Counted from the stretch's first letter, positions 22,575 to 33,437 are shown. The stretch is DNA of 64,000 nt from Bacteroidales bacterium (GCA_016707785.1 JADJGZ010000011.1:75859-139858), one strand, 5' to 3'. Numbers and translations: made by a program. Notes: generated by a model not told the origin, from the sequence alone.

Positions 22575-24191
22575 ATGAAGAAAAAACTTACTCTAACCGT
22601 ACTAACCTGCCTCTTTCTTTTTTCAGGCACAGTACTATTTGCTCAAGGATTGGAGACTTTTGCCAATTACCCTGAAAACACAAATGCTTATCATGATGGC
22701 ACATTTCTCGGACTCGATGGTTCTACATGGAGTTACTTCCAAAGCCGTGGTGACTCAATGATTACAGCACCAACTCCCACGCTTGGGAAAAACAGAACAC
22801 CGACCGCAGAAGTTCGTTCTGGAGCACTTGTGAATGGTGTTGGAACCTTAAGTTTTGATTACCGCCAGGTTTTTTCAACAGATGTTGCGCTTAATGTGCT
22901 TGTGAATGATATTCTTATCACCACGGTAACAACGGTAGGCCAACAGGGCATTACATTGAATTCAGGAGCCATAGCCGTGAATGTATCCGGCAGTGTAACC
23001 CTGAAATTCATCCAGGCCAGCACTGCTGCCGGACAAGTGGCAATTGATAATATCACCTGGACGGCTTTTGGAGGTGGAACACCTGATCCTGAACCTACCA
23101 ATTATCCTTCAGCATTTGCTGCATCCGGAGATGGCCTTAAAATAAAAGCTACCTGGACTGATGCAACCGGCGCTCAACTTCCAGCCTCCTATCTTGTCAG
23201 GATTTCAACCTCCGACAATATCACCGCTCCTGTAGATGGAACTTATGTAGGTGACGACCTTGATATCAGCGATGGTAGCGGTTCAAAATCTGTTGCCCAG
23301 GGAAACCAGCAATACATTTTCGATGGACTGGAAGCTTCAAAAAATTATTTTCTGAAGATCTACCCATTCTCCAATTCAGGTTCTATTGTTGATTATAAAA
23401 CTGACGGAACTGCACCTTCAGCTAGTGCTCGCACACAGGCAATTCTGCTCAAAACAGATTTTCAGGATGGATTATTAGCCCCATGGACTGAATTTAGTGT
23501 TACCGGTGATGAAAAATGGATTACTGATACCATTTCAGGAAATATTTTCATGCGTATGTCAGGATATGTTGGAGGAACCTCCTTCCTGAACCAGGACTGG
23601 TTAATCTCACCTTCATTAACCCTTGCTGCCGGCAGTTCCCCAAAACTTGAATTCAAGACAGCGATGAAATTCGGAACAGTAGCTGATAAATTTTATCTGA
23701 TGGTTTCCACCGATTATTCAACTGGTGATCCCTCAGCTTCTACCTGGACTGATCTCTCCGGACAGGCTACTTTCTCAACAGGTAACTACACATGGGTGTC
23801 ATCGGGATCAATAAATCTGACAGCCTATGAAGGCGCTAATACCCATATCGCTTTCAAATATGATTGTGGAACTGATAATGTGCCTACATGGGAAGTTGAT
23901 GATGTATATGTAACTTATAATTCCGGTGTTGGATTTAATGAAACCCCGGAAGCCAATCAGGTTGGAATTTATCCTAACCCTTGTACTACAGGCTTCCAGG
24001 CCCGGATAGAAGGAAATGACAGTTATCTTCTCAGGATTTTCAGTACTTCAGGTGCCATATTGCTTGAAAAGAAAATTGAAAAAACTGATTCGTTTGTATC
24101 CACCCGACAGTTATCTAATGGTGTATATGTAGTAGAAATGACAAATCTTACTTCTCTGGGTAAAACCACTCAGAAACTGATTGTGAAATAA
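22575..24191 (+). CDS. Choice-of-anchor-J-like secreted protein with T9SS C-terminal domain
   Basis: Signal peptide, NQDWLISPSL motif, and a C-terminal IYPNPC...GVYVVEMTNLTSLGKTTQKLIVK sorting domain. Confidence 0.65.
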   Translation: MKKKLTLTVLTCLFLFSGTVLFAQGLETFANYPENTNAYHDGTFLGLDGSTWSYFQSRGDSMITAPTPTLGKNRTPTAEVRSGALVNGVGTLSFDYRQVFSTDVALNVLVNDILITTVTTVGQQGITLNSGAIAVNVSGSVTLKFIQASTAAGQVAIDNITWTAFGGGTPDPEPTNYPSAFAASGDGLKIKATWTDATGAQLPASYLVRISTSDNITAPVDGTYVGDDLDISDGSGSKSVAQGNQQYIFDGLEASKNYFLKIYPFSNSGSIVDYKTDGTAPSASARTQAILLKTDFQDGLLAPWTEFSVTGDEKWITDTISGNIFMRMSGYVGGTSFLNQDWLISPSLTLAAGSSPKLEFKTAMKFGTVADKFYLMVSTDYSTGDPSASTWTDLSGQATFSTGNYTWVSSGSINLTAYEGANTHIAFKYDCGTDNVPTWEVDDVYVTYNSGVGFNETPEANQVGIYPNPCTTGFQARIEGNDSYLLRIFSTSGAILLEKKIEKTDSFVSTRQLSNGVYVVEMTNLTSLGKTTQKLIVK

Positions 24192-24210
24192 CACCTCAAT
24201 CAATATTCTA

Positions 24211-24270
24211 AAAGAGGCTGCTTTTTGGGTGGACATAAGGTTCCGCTTAATTCAAGCAGCCTCTTTTATT
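24211..24270 (+). terminator. Possible terminator (long-loop hairpin)
   Basis: aaagaggctgc ... gcagcctcttt with a ~34-nt loop, then a T-rich stretch. Confidence 0.4.
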
Positions 24271-24337
24271 TATCCACATACTTTTTCCGACATTTATTTG
24301 TTATATTTTTGGAATCCATTCATGATTTCCTTTGCAT

Positions 24338-25972
24338 ATGAATAACTTTTGGAAAACCTTGATTTTACTGGTTGCATTGTTACCCATGGTCTCACTGGCG
24401 CAATCAGGACAGCCGATCAGAGTAGAAATACCTGTGAGGGCAGGAACTAACCCGTTTAACTATGTTCCTTTCGGAGAAAATGGAATATGTATGTTTTATC
24501 CCACAATTAATGATGCGGGAAAAGACAGTATCAGCTGGTCATTTGTAATGCTCGACAGGAACCTTAAGGAAGAATGGAAAAAGCTATTGCCATTGCATGA
24601 AGATGTGAACTACCTTAAGGGTTTTAGTCAGAATGGTGTTATTTACCTGCTGTTTCATGATACTCGCAGGAATAAGGAAGGTAATATATATGTTTTCTTC
24701 ATTATTCCTCCAAAACAAATCATCACTATTCATAAAAGTGACATTCCGGAAAAAGCAGAAGTTGTCGATTTTGAGATCTTTAACGAATTTGCATTAGTAG
24801 GATATAATCAAAGAAAAGGCAAACCAGGTTTATTGGGATTCTCACTTATCAATGGTGAAAAACGCAACTTCGACTTCCCTGAAACAGAAAATTCCTTACT
24901 GCTGGATATTGCAGTCGATACAATTTACAAGGATATCGCTGCAGTTTATAAGGTTCAACCCAGTTCCACCAGGAACCAGTTAATGGTAAACCTTTACAAC
25001 GGCTCATCAGCCCTGAGAAGAACGGTTACCTTTGAAAACATCCAGGAAAAAAGGATCTTCAATTCCGCAGGTTTTGTATTTACAGGGGAAAACAGGGGTT
25101 TTGTATTGGGCACCTTTGGATCAGGAGCCAGGAATAAAAGGAATTACGACTATTACAATGATTATTACAATTACTATTATTATAACAGTTTCTACCGTCG
25201 TCCCAGCACTTATGATCAAAACCAGGATAATACCCCTATTTCAGATGGCTATTATTCAGCTACAATTGGACCCGATGGACCAGGGAATATGAATTATTAT
25301 CATTTCATAGATTTTTCCAATGCATATAAGTATATCAATAGTCCGGAAGCGCTAAGGACTAAAAGAAAAGCCGATAAAAAGAATTCAGAAAAAGATGATC
25401 CCGGCGGAAATAACAAGAAGTTTTCTCTCGATTATCGGTTGCTGATTCATCCGGTAAAATACTCAGGTGGTTCTTACCTGATGTTATCCGAAGCCTATCT
25501 TCCTGAATACCATACCATGACACAAATGGTCTATGACTATTATGGCAGGGCTATTCCATCGACTTATTCAGTTTTTGATGGTTACAGATATACCAATGCT
25601 TTCCTTGCATCCTTCGATTCAAGTGGTCAAATGCAATGGAATAATGGAATGGAAATGAGAGATATTCTTACTACCTATCTGAACCGGAAACTCAATATTT
25701 ACCAGGAGAAAGATGAAACCAATCTTTTTTATAATGCCAATGCCAAAATTGCTTTCAAAACCATCAATAAAAGTGACATTGTTGAAGGTACAGCATTTAC
25801 ACCGGTAGCACCAAAACGTGCCACCGACCAATATATCAGTGAGTACCTGGGGTCAATAGAGTACTGGTATGGCGACTACTTCCTGGTTACAGGGTATGAA
25901 TCACTAAGGAATAATAACCTTGATGAAAATAAACGGAATGTATTCTATTTGAGCAAAATGGCGTTCAGATAA
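24338..25972 (+). CDS. Secreted hypothetical protein with Tyr/Asn-rich low-complexity insert
   Basis: Signal peptide (FWKTLILLVALLPMVSLAQ). No motif recognised. Contains a YDYYNDYYNYYYYNSFY tract. Confidence 0.6.
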   Translation: MNNFWKTLILLVALLPMVSLAQSGQPIRVEIPVRAGTNPFNYVPFGENGICMFYPTINDAGKDSISWSFVMLDRNLKEEWKKLLPLHEDVNYLKGFSQNGVIYLLFHDTRRNKEGNIYVFFIIPPKQIITIHKSDIPEKAEVVDFEIFNEFALVGYNQRKGKPGLLGFSLINGEKRNFDFPETENSLLLDIAVDTIYKDIAAVYKVQPSSTRNQLMVNLYNGSSALRRTVTFENIQEKRIFNSAGFVFTGENRGFVLGTFGSGARNKRNYDYYNDYYNYYYYNSFYRRPSTYDQNQDNTPISDGYYSATIGPDGPGNMNYYHFIDFSNAYKYINSPEALRTKRKADKKNSEKDDPGGNNKKFSLDYRLLIHPVKYSGGSYLMLSEAYLPEYHTMTQMVYDYYGRAIPSTYSVFDGYRYTNAFLASFDSSGQMQWNNGMEMRDILTTYLNRKLNIYQEKDETNLFYNANAKIAFKTINKSDIVEGTAFTPVAPKRATDQYISEYLGSIEYWYGDYFLVTGYESLRNNNLDENKRNVFYLSKMAFR

Positions 25973-26023
25973 TGGCAGGAAAAGCCTGATTATCTTTATT
26001 TTCAACCATTTACAAGCAAGGTT

Positions 26024-27532
26024 TTATTTGATGGATTTGATCTCAACCCTTCTGTTGAGTTTCATCCCTTCCGCGGTAGCATTATCGGCAACAGGTTGTG
26101 TTTCACCAAAGAACCCCTTAACAATCCTGGAAGCATCAATTCCTCTTTTTGTGAAGAATTCAATGACATAATCAGCCCTGTTTTCTGATAGTTTTAAATT
26201 ATAATTCTTGCTTTCCCTGCTATCAGTGTGGCCTTCAACAGAAATCCTGATTCCCGGATTATCTTTGAGCGTTTCAGCAACTTTATTGAGTAACTGATTA
26301 TACTGAGCCAAAACTATATATTGATCAGTATTGAAATAGACGACCTCATTTACCAATACCCCTGACTCTTCGGGGCATCCATTATTAGCTGCAACACCAG
26401 CCACTTCCGGACATTTATCCAATTGATCGGCTATGCCATCATTATCTTTATCAGCACATCCTCCAAGCGATTTTAAACCGGCAATATCAGGACATTTATC
26501 TTCATTGTCAGCAATTCCGTCTCCATCACGGTCAGGGCAACCATTTAGTTCTTTCTTGCCAGCCATATCCGGACATTTATCATCCTTATCTGCAATACCG
26601 TCAGTATCTTTATCAGGGCAGCCTTTTAAATCCCTGGTACCGGCTTCAGTTGGGCAAGTATCATCCTTGTCAGGAATACCATCATTATCAGAATCTGGGC
26701 AACCCTTGAATTCAAGTTTTCCGGCATCTTTCGGACAAGCATCGTCATCATCGGAAATCCCGTCACCATCAGCATCAGGGCAGCCGAAAAGTTCAACTTT
26801 CCCAGCCCTGTCCGGACAGTTATCTTCTTTATCCTTAATACCATCATTATCCTGATCTTTTGGTCCACCAAATTTGAAAGTGAGCCCTGCCGATGCATAA
26901 CTGTAATGATCTCTTGCTTTAACGGCTTCGTAGAAGTCAAGTGTTGCATCTTTAAAGGTAAGATGATCACCATACTCAATATTTAATGACACCCTTTTGG
27001 CAAGCCTGAATTCAGCGCCCAAGCCTAGTGGAACAAAAATCTCATTCTGCCTGGAATCACTTTTCTGCAACTGTGTACCCGTTGTAAAATCAGTGGTTGT
27101 TGAACTGAATGAAGTTAAACCGGCTCCGCCAAAGAAATAAAAATTAACCACTCTTTCCGGATTATAATCAGCAAATATTTCATTGATGTTCACCGTGACA
27201 TTCAAAGCAGCGTCCCAGAAATCTGTATTCAGTTTCAATCCTTTATCTTCCCTTTCACTGGCTAGTTTTCCGGCTACAAATTGTCCTCTCAATCCAAAAA
27301 CCGGAGAAAGCTGGTATCCCAAGGCACCACCAAATCCAAGTTTTGGAGTTTTGTTGAAAAAATCTTCTTTATTTAAATCTCCAAAGTATTCAGTAACTCC
27401 ACCATTCACCTGGAGTGTCCAATGGCTTTTAAATAAAGCAGGTTTAACATCAACAGATGCATCCTGAGCGGTGAGGAATATTGGCAATGCGATGATTACC
27501 ATTAAAGTGAAAATGCGAATAGAAACTTTCAT
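26024..27532 (-). CDS. OmpA-family outer-membrane protein with thrombospondin type-3 (Ca-binding) repeats
   Basis: N-terminal beta-barrel, about 8 DxDxDGxxDxxDxCP repeats, and a C-terminal OmpA domain (NLKLSENRADYV...NRRVEI). Start MKVSIRIF, calculated from the ORF track. Confidence 0.85.
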   Translation of the reverse strand: MKVSIRIFTLMVIIALPIFLTAQDASVDVKPALFKSHWTLQVNGGVTEYFGDLNKEDFFNKTPKLGFGGALGYQLSPVFGLRGQFVAGKLASEREDKGLKLNTDFWDAALNVTVNINEIFADYNPERVVNFYFFGGAGLTSFSSTTTDFTTGTQLQKSDSRQNEIFVPLGLGAEFRLAKRVSLNIEYGDHLTFKDATLDFYEAVKARDHYSYASAGLTFKFGGPKDQDNDGIKDKEDNCPDRAGKVELFGCPDADGDGISDDDDACPKDAGKLEFKGCPDSDNDGIPDKDDTCPTEAGTRDLKGCPDKDTDGIADKDDKCPDMAGKKELNGCPDRDGDGIADNEDKCPDIAGLKSLGGCADKDNDGIADQLDKCPEVAGVAANNGCPEESGVLVNEVVYFNTDQYIVLAQYNQLLNKVAETLKDNPGIRISVEGHTDSRESKNYNLKLSENRADYVIEFFTKRGIDASRIVKGFFGETQPVADNATAEGMKLNRRVEIKSIK

Positions 27533-27693
27533 GTTAACTAAATTTAGTTCCGATATACCCTTTAAACTTCTATAGTCCAAGGGGTGAATTAATGCAAATA
27601 TAAGCTAAAACGAGTGAAATACAGCCACTTCACAGGATATAGCCCTGTTTTCAGCTGCTCCCCGACACTAAATATTTGCAGGATACTATTATA

Positions 27694-28221
27694 TTATCTG
27701 AATTTACTGAAAAGGTAATACAAAACGATTCCGGCTGTAACAGAAACATTCAGAGAATGTTTAGTCCCCATCTGTGGGATTTCGATGCAGGAATCCACTT
27801 CTTGCATCACTGTATCATCCACCCCCATTACCTCATTTCCGAAGATAAATGCATACTTTTTATCAGCTTCCGGGGAAAATTCCCAAAGGGCTACACTATC
27901 CTCAGCCTGTTCTACTGCAACAAGGATATATCCTTCAGATTTTAATTGTATTACTATCTCCCTGGTATCATTCGCATATTGCCATGGGACTGATTCAGTT
28001 GCACCCAATGCAGTTTTACTGATCTCCCTGTTAGGTGGCACAGCAGTAATACCGCATAAGTATAACCGCCCGATACCAAAAGCATCTGCGGTGCGAAAAA
28101 TGGAACCAATATTATGCTGACTACGGATATTATCAAGAATGCAAACAAAAGGCAACTTTTCCATCTCGTGATATTCATCAACACTGAGACGATTCAGTTC
28201 CTCCATACTAAGTTTCCGCAT
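27694..28221 (-). CDS. SpoU/TrmH-family RNA 2'-O-methyltransferase
   Basis: NIGSIFRTADAFG...FIFGNEVMGV...IEIPQMGTKHSLNVSVTAGIVLY. Start MRKLSMEEL. Confidence 0.8.
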   Translation of the reverse strand: MRKLSMEELNRLSVDEYHEMEKLPFVCILDNIRSQHNIGSIFRTADAFGIGRLYLCGITAVPPNREISKTALGATESVPWQYANDTREIVIQLKSEGYILVAVEQAEDSVALWEFSPEADKKYAFIFGNEVMGVDDTVMQEVDSCIEIPQMGTKHSLNVSVTAGIVLYYLFSKFR

Positions 28222-28328
28222 GGTAAGCCGTTTAGGAACCACAAAGGTAAAAATTATCAACACAACCCAAAGGGAGTGAGGAAGATCAGGAGATAATCCT
28301 AAATTTGCGGTAATCAGAATTTACAAAG

Positions 28329-30965
28329 GTGAGTAAAGAAAAGGAACAAAAGGAGGTTGCATTAACTCCTCTCATGAAGCAATACAATGCAATAAAGGCT
28401 AAATATCCTGATGCTTTGTTATTGTTCAGGGTTGGAGACTTTTATGAAACATTTGGTGAAGATGCTATCAAAGCCTCGGAAATACTTGGTATTATCCTGA
28501 CGCGGCGTGCCAATGGCTCAGCTCAATATATCGAACTTGCCGGTTTTCCACATCATTCTCTCGATACCTACCTTCCAAAATTGGTTAGAGCAGGATACAG
28601 GGTTGCCATATGTGACCAGCTGGAAGACCCGAAAATGACCAAAACCATCGTCAAAAGAGGAGTTACTGAATTGGTCACACCCGGTGTTTCCTATAATGAT
28701 AAGATCCTTGAAAACAAGGAAAACAATTTCCTGGCTGCTATACACTTCCTTCCAAAATCGTCAGGCATCTCCTTTCTTGATATTTCAACAGGGGAATTCC
28801 TTCTGGCACAGGGATCCAATGACTACATCGATAAATTACTTCAAACATTTCGTCCTTCAGAAGTGATTGTTCAGAAGAATAAACGTCAATCATTCACAGA
28901 AACTTTTGGAAGCCAGTTTTATCTCTCCTATTTTGAAGATTGGGTCTTCACCCATGATTTCACCCATGATCTGCTGATTAAACATTTTGGCACTACCTCC
29001 TTAAAAGGATTTGGAGTTACAGAACTTGAGAATGGCATCATTGCATCCGGAGTAGCCATGCATTACCTTTCGGAGACACAGCATGATAAAGTTCAGCACA
29101 TCTGTAAATTGTCAAGAATCGAAGAGGATCATTATGTCTGGCTGGATAAATTCACCGTCCGTAACCTTGAACTGATCCAATCTCCCAATGAAAATGCAAG
29201 CACCCTTTTTTCGGTGCTGGATAAAACCATCTCTCCTATGGGATCAAGGTTAATGAGGCGTTGGCTGCTGCTGCCCCTCAAGGACAGAAAACCTGTGGTG
29301 GAAAGGCATGAAACAGTGGAGTACCTGAATAATCACCCGGAATTAACCGCAGTTCTTGATCAAAATCTTAGGATCATCGGAGATCTTGAGAGACTTATCT
29401 CAAAAGTAGCCGTTGGAAGAGTTACCCCAAGGGAAATCCTGCAAATCAGGCGGGCGCTTCTGGCTTTGGTTCCAATAAAACAAGCCTGTGCTTCCACCCG
29501 TCATGAAGCAATGCAACTGATTGCCGAACAAATAAATCCCTGTGAATTAATTGCCGATCAGATAGGCAAGACTATAAAGCCAGACCCTCCTGCCCTGGTT
29601 TCCAAAGGGATGGTAATTGAGGATGGAATTTCACCCGAACTTGATGAATTAAGAAAACTGGCATTTTCAGGGAAAGATTACCTGGTTCAAATGCAACAAC
29701 GGGAAATCGAAAATACAGGTATTACCTCATTAAAAGTTGGCTTCAATAACGTTTTCGGGTATTATCTTGAAGTAACCAACGCTCATAAGGAAAAAGTGCC
29801 GGCAGAATGGATGAGGAAACAGACCCTGGTGAATGCCGAACGATATATCACTGAAGAGCTGAAAGAGTACGAACAAAAAATCCTGGGTGCTGAAGAAAAA
29901 ATCCTGGATCTTGAGAATAAATTATTTAATGAATTGGTTTTACATCTGGCTGAATACGTGCAGCCTGTTCAACTGAATGCCCAGTTAATTGCCCGGATTG
30001 ATTGTCTTGTTTCTTTTGCCCGCGTATCCATCGAAAACCATTATGTGAGGCCTGAAATAACCGATTCCTTTTCAATAAACATCGAACAAGGCAGGCATCC
30101 TGTCATTGAGAAACACCTCGCCACTGGGGAAGAGTATATTGCCAACGATGTTTTTCTTGATAATGAAAAGCAACAGATCATTATGCTGACGGGTCCTAAT
30201 ATGTCGGGGAAATCTGCCTTGCTGCGACAGACAGCCCTGATTGTGCTCATGGCACAGGTTGGAAGTTTTGTGCCTGCAAAAGCAGCCACCATTGGATTGG
30301 TTGATAAAATATTCACACGTGTCGGGGCTTCTGATAATATCACCTCAGGAGAATCCACATTCATGGTGGAGATGAATGAGACTGCCAGTATCCTGAATAA
30401 TATTTCCAACCGAAGCCTGATTCTGCTGGATGAAATTGGCCGGGGCACCAGCACTTACGATGGAATCTCCATTGCCTGGGCAATTGCTGAATACCTTCAT
30501 GATCATCCGCTATATAAGGCTAAGGTTTTGTTTGCCACCCATTATCATGAGCTGAATGAGATGGCAATGACGAAAAACAGGATCAAAAATTTCCATATTG
30601 CTGTCAAAGAGATCGGCAAGAAAGTAATATTCCTTCGGAAACTTACCCCTGGTGGCAGTGAACATAGTTTTGGAATCCATGTTGCAAGGATGGCCGGGAT
30701 GCCCGGAAGCCTCATTCAACGGGCAGAAGATCTGCTAATTCAATTAGAAAAGAAGCGTAGCAGTGCGGAATTAAATCCCGGAAAAGTTTCCGGAAAGCAG
30801 GTTCAGAAATCCCAGGATCAGTTTCAGTTAAGCTTTTTTCAATTGGACGACCCCCTGCTGGAGAGTATTCGGGATGATATCCAACACCTGGATATTAATA
30901 CTTTAACACCTGTTGAAGCCTTGATGAAGCTGAATGAAATCAAAAAAAAGTTGCAGAAATATTAA
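28329..30965 (+). CDS. mutS: DNA mismatch repair protein MutS
   Basis: 878 aa. [30 protein letters not shown], Walker [21 protein letters not shown]. Apparent GTG start. Confidence 0.95.
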   Translation: MSKEKEQKEVALTPLMKQYNAIKAKYPDALLLFRVGDFYETFGEDAIKASEILGIILTRRANGSAQYIELAGFPHHSLDTYLPKLVRAGYRVAICDQLEDPKMTKTIVKRGVTELVTPGVSYNDKILENKENNFLAAIHFLPKSSGISFLDISTGEFLLAQGSNDYIDKLLQTFRPSEVIVQKNKRQSFTETFGSQFYLSYFEDWVFTHDFTHDLLIKHFGTTSLKGFGVTELENGIIASGVAMHYLSETQHDKVQHICKLSRIEEDHYVWLDKFTVRNLELIQSPNENASTLFSVLDKTISPMGSRLMRRWLLLPLKDRKPVVERHETVEYLNNHPELTAVLDQNLRIIGDLERLISKVAVGRVTPREILQIRRALLALVPIKQACASTRHEAMQLIAEQINPCELIADQIGKTIKPDPPALVSKGMVIEDGISPELDELRKLAFSGKDYLVQMQQREIENTGITSLKVGFNNVFGYYLEVTNAHKEKVPAEWMRKQTLVNAERYITEELKEYEQKILGAEEKILDLENKLFNELVLHLAEYVQPVQLNAQLIARIDCLVSFARVSIENHYVRPEITDSFSINIEQGRHPVIEKHLATGEEYIANDVFLDNEKQQIIMLTGPNMSGKSALLRQTALIVLMAQVGSFVPAKAATIGLVDKIFTRVGASDNITSGESTFMVEMNETASILNNISNRSLILLDEIGRGTSTYDGISIAWAIAEYLHDHPLYKAKVLFATHYHELNEMAMTKNRIKNFHIAVKEIGKKVIFLRKLTPGGSEHSFGIHVARMAGMPGSLIQRAEDLLIQLEKKRSSAELNPGKVSGKQVQKSQDQFQLSFFQLDDPLLESIRDDIQHLDINTLTPVEALMKLNEIKKKLQKY

Positions 30966-30973
30966 TAGGATGT

Positions 30974-31077
30974 GACAATTTGACGATTCGCCGATTTGAC
31001 GATTCGCCGATTTTACGATTCGACAATTTGACAATTTGACAATTTGACGATTCGACAATTTGAAACTTTGGCAATTT
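30974..31077. repeat. Tandem array of ~13 degenerate octamers (GACRATTY)
   Basis: gacaattt gacgattc gccgattt gacgattc gccgattt tacgattc gacaattt x3 gacgattc gacaattt gaaacttt ggcaattt. Begins 9 nt after the mutS stop. Confidence 0.85.
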
Positions 31078-31204
31078 AAAAAAGGGAAGCCTTCGGCTTG
31101 AAAATGCGACAAGGTCGATATAATTACGAGGTTGACATAATAAATATCAATGGCTTATTATTCTTCCTTGAGTTTTATTGTCTTAGTGCCGGAAAATTAT
31201 AACA

Positions 31205-31335
31205 ACTCAGCACAGAGCCACTGACTCCCCTTCGGGCACTCAGCACCCAGAGCCAAAGGCTCCCCTTCGGGGCACCCAGCACCAGCACTCAGCACTCAGC
31301 ACCCAGAGCCAATGGCTCCCCTATGGGGCACTCTC
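31205..31335. repeat. Three copies of a ~28-29 nt double-hairpin unit interleaved with CAGCAC(T/C) heptamers
   Basis: cagagccactgactccccttcgggcac / cagagccaaaggctccccttcggggcac / cagagccaatggctcccctatggggcac, joined by tcagcac-type repeats. Confidence 0.8.
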
Positions 31336-31388
31336 CAAAAAAAAATGTTGAAATTTTATTTCTGGAAATTGTAATTTAAAAAAAATTG

Positions 31389-31396
31389 TATATTTG
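31389..31396 (+). promoter_or_regulatory. Candidate Bacteroidota -7 promoter box (TAnnTTTG) for tRNA-Gly
   Basis: TATATTTG ends 11 nt upstream of the tRNA 5' end. Confidence 0.4.
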
Positions 31397-31406
31397 CACT
31401 CCCAAT

Positions 31407-31479
<73 letters not shown>

Positions 31480-31485
31480 CAGAAT

Positions 31486-31522
31486 AAAAAAAACTCTTGG
31501 TGGAAAACCAAGAGTTTTTTTT
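31486..31522. terminator. Bidirectional-looking terminator hairpin after tRNA-Gly
   Basis: A8-aactcttgg-tggaaaa-ccaagagtt-T8. Confidence 0.65.
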
Positions 31523-31589
31523 GCCCATATCTTTTTATCTTTGCAATGAATTTTAAGTTCTTTGCAAAAGAGTTTAAGATACATCCAGT

Positions 31590-31674
31590 GCCCGAATGGT
31601 GAAACTGGTAGACACGAAGGACTTAAAATCCTTTGGCCATTGCGGCCATGCCGGTTCGATTCCGGCTTCGGGTA
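31590..31674 (+). tRNA. tRNA-Leu (anticodon TAA), long variable arm; CCA encoded at 31675..31677
   Basis: GCCCGAATGGTGAAACTGGTAGACACG..., anticodon stem AAGGA/TCCTT with loop CTTAAAA, variable arm GGCCATTGCGGCCATGCC, T-arm GGTTCGATTCC. Confidence 0.9.
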
Positions 31675-31682
31675 CCACGAGA

Positions 31683-31731
31683 ATGCAAAATGCAGAATGC
31701 AAAACGCAAAATGCAAATTGCAAATTGCAAA
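31683..31731. repeat. Tandem array of 7 heptamers (ATGCAAA family) immediately after tRNA-Leu
   Basis: atgcaaa atgcaga atgcaaa acgcaaa atgcaaa ttgcaaa ttgcaaa. Confidence 0.8.
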
Positions 31732-31737
31732 AAAAAT

Positions 31738-31777
31738 GCAAAGTGTAAAGTTTACATGCTTTATACTTTGCATTTTT
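31738..31777 (+). terminator. Rho-independent terminator after tRNA-Leu
   Basis: 13-bp stem gcaaagtgtaaag / ctttatactttgc (one mismatch), loop tttacatg, then a T5 run. Confidence 0.65.
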
Positions 31778-31941
31778 AATTAGAACATGCCACTCTATTT
31801 CTGTGTATTATCCGGCTATACTCAATAGAATGAATTCTATTATTAAAGAAATTGCATAATATTATAATGACTGCCTGAGTTGTATCGGACTCCTTAGTCA
31901 TTGAATAGACTTACCTTTGTGATGTTACAAAGAAATATCTG

Positions 31942-33246
31942 ATGATACAAAGAGCGCTGGAGAACCTGAAAATTGCAGAACTCAACGAAATGCAATTAGC
32001 TTCACTGGAAGCGAATAAAACAGGAGGAGATATTGTATTGCTGTCCCCAACAGGATCAGGCAAAACACTTGCATTTCTATTACCAATATTAAAACTGATT
32101 GATGAAACAATTCCCGGTGTTCAGGTTCTCATCCTGGCTCCTTCAAGGGAACTGGCATTGCAGATAGAACAGGTATTCCGATCCATGGGTACCGAATTTA
32201 AGGTGAACTGCTGTTATGGCGGACATCCGATGAAAGTTGAAATCAATAATCTGAAACACCCACCAGCCGTCCTGGTAGGCACACCCGGAAGAGTGGCTGA
32301 TCATATTCGAAGAAATACTTTCGATACCACTTCTGTCAAAACCATTATCCTTGACGAATTTGACAAGTCTCTGGAATTCGGATTTAAGGATGAAATGTCT
32401 TATATCATCAGTGAACTACAATATTTAAAAAAGCGTTTTTTAACTTCGGCTTCCGAAGCTATTGCTATACCTGATTTTGCCGGGGTATCTTCACCGGTCA
32501 GGTTGAATTTTCTTTCTGACAAGCATCCTGCAGGGCTCCAGCTAAAAGCTGTTGTAAGTGAAGGACGAGACAAACTTGATGCTTTGTTTTCTCTCATTTG
32601 CAAACTAGGGAATAAAACTACCCTGGTATTTTGCAATCACCGTGAGGCAGTTGAACGGATCAGCGAATTGCTTGATGATAAAGGACTTGTTCATGGCATT
32701 TATCATGGCGGCCTGGAGCAGGAAGAAAGGGAGCGCGCCCTGATCAAATTCCGTAATGGAAGTCATCGGATTTTAATCACCACCGACCTGGCTTCCAGGG
32801 GACTGGATATTCCGGAAATTGAAAATGTTATTCATTATCAGTTTCCAGCCACTGCAGATGCTTTCATGCATCGAAACGGACGCACTGCCCGGATGCATGC
32901 TGAAGGCACTTCATACCTCATTATGGGTGAAGGTGATCATTTACCCTCATTCCTCAAAGAAAAACCAGAATATGTTGATTTACCTGCAAATCCGCGTTTA
33001 CCAGACAATTCAGCATGGGATACACTCTTTGTAGCTGCCGGAAAGAAAGACAAAATCAATAAAACGGATATTGTAGGTTTGTTAATCCAGAAAGGGAAGC
33101 TTCATAAAGAGGAGATCGGGCTGATTGAAGTATTGGATTATTCCTCATTTGTTGCAGTGAAACGTGATAAAATCGACAAAGTAGTTCAATTGCTTCGTTT
33201 CGAAAAAATTAAAAAGAAATCGGTAAAGATTGAAGTTTCTATATAA
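31942..33246 (+). CDS. DEAD-box ATP-dependent RNA helicase with DbpA-like C-terminal RNA-binding domain
   Basis: SPTGSGKT (motif I), LDEFD (a DEAD variant), TSAS, and HRNGRTAR (motif VI). C-terminal DIVGLLIQKGKL...IGLIEVLDYSSFVAVKRD. Confidence 0.85.
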   Translation: MIQRALENLKIAELNEMQLASLEANKTGGDIVLLSPTGSGKTLAFLLPILKLIDETIPGVQVLILAPSRELALQIEQVFRSMGTEFKVNCCYGGHPMKVEINNLKHPPAVLVGTPGRVADHIRRNTFDTTSVKTIILDEFDKSLEFGFKDEMSYIISELQYLKKRFLTSASEAIAIPDFAGVSSPVRLNFLSDKHPAGLQLKAVVSEGRDKLDALFSLICKLGNKTTLVFCNHREAVERISELLDDKGLVHGIYHGGLEQEERERALIKFRNGSHRILITTDLASRGLDIPEIENVIHYQFPATADAFMHRNGRTARMHAEGTSYLIMGEGDHLPSFLKEKPEYVDLPANPRLPDNSAWDTLFVAAGKKDKINKTDIVGLLIQKGKLHKEEIGLIEVLDYSSFVAVKRDKIDKVVQLLRFEKIKKKSVKIEVSI

Positions 33247-33437
33247 CTGTTGTGTTGTTTGCAAACTTATTTTTAATGTCGGAATCCAAATTGAATCCAC
33301 ACACTAAATAGTTTGATATTCCCTTGCTCCTATCAGAATTAAAACATCACAAGATGCAGAGTGGATAATCCTGTTGGGCCAATATTTCCTCAGAAAAATT
33401 TAGAATATTACAATACTTTTGTACAAAAGCGAGTGAC

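Noticed and set aside
26433-26979. 140-aa plus-strand ORF (PSLSLSAHPPSD...) and a 117-aa off-frame minus-strand ORF inside ompA
   Set aside because: They are antisense or off-frame readings of the thrombospondin-type repeat DNA. The OmpA frame has clear domain motifs.
27470-27545. Apparent 1-nt inconsistency near the ompA 5' end when I read the printed sequence by eye
   Set aside because: The supplied ORF track reads straight through with a sensible signal peptide (MKVSIRIFTLMVIIALPIFLTAQD). I attribute the discrepancy to my own misreading of a line, and trust the track. It is a reminder that my single-nt junction calls elsewhere need computational confirmation.
30903-31112. 69-aa minus-strand ORF
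   Set aside because: It is a translation of the octamer array (SNRQIVKLSNCRIVKSANRQI) and overlaps the mutS 3' end.
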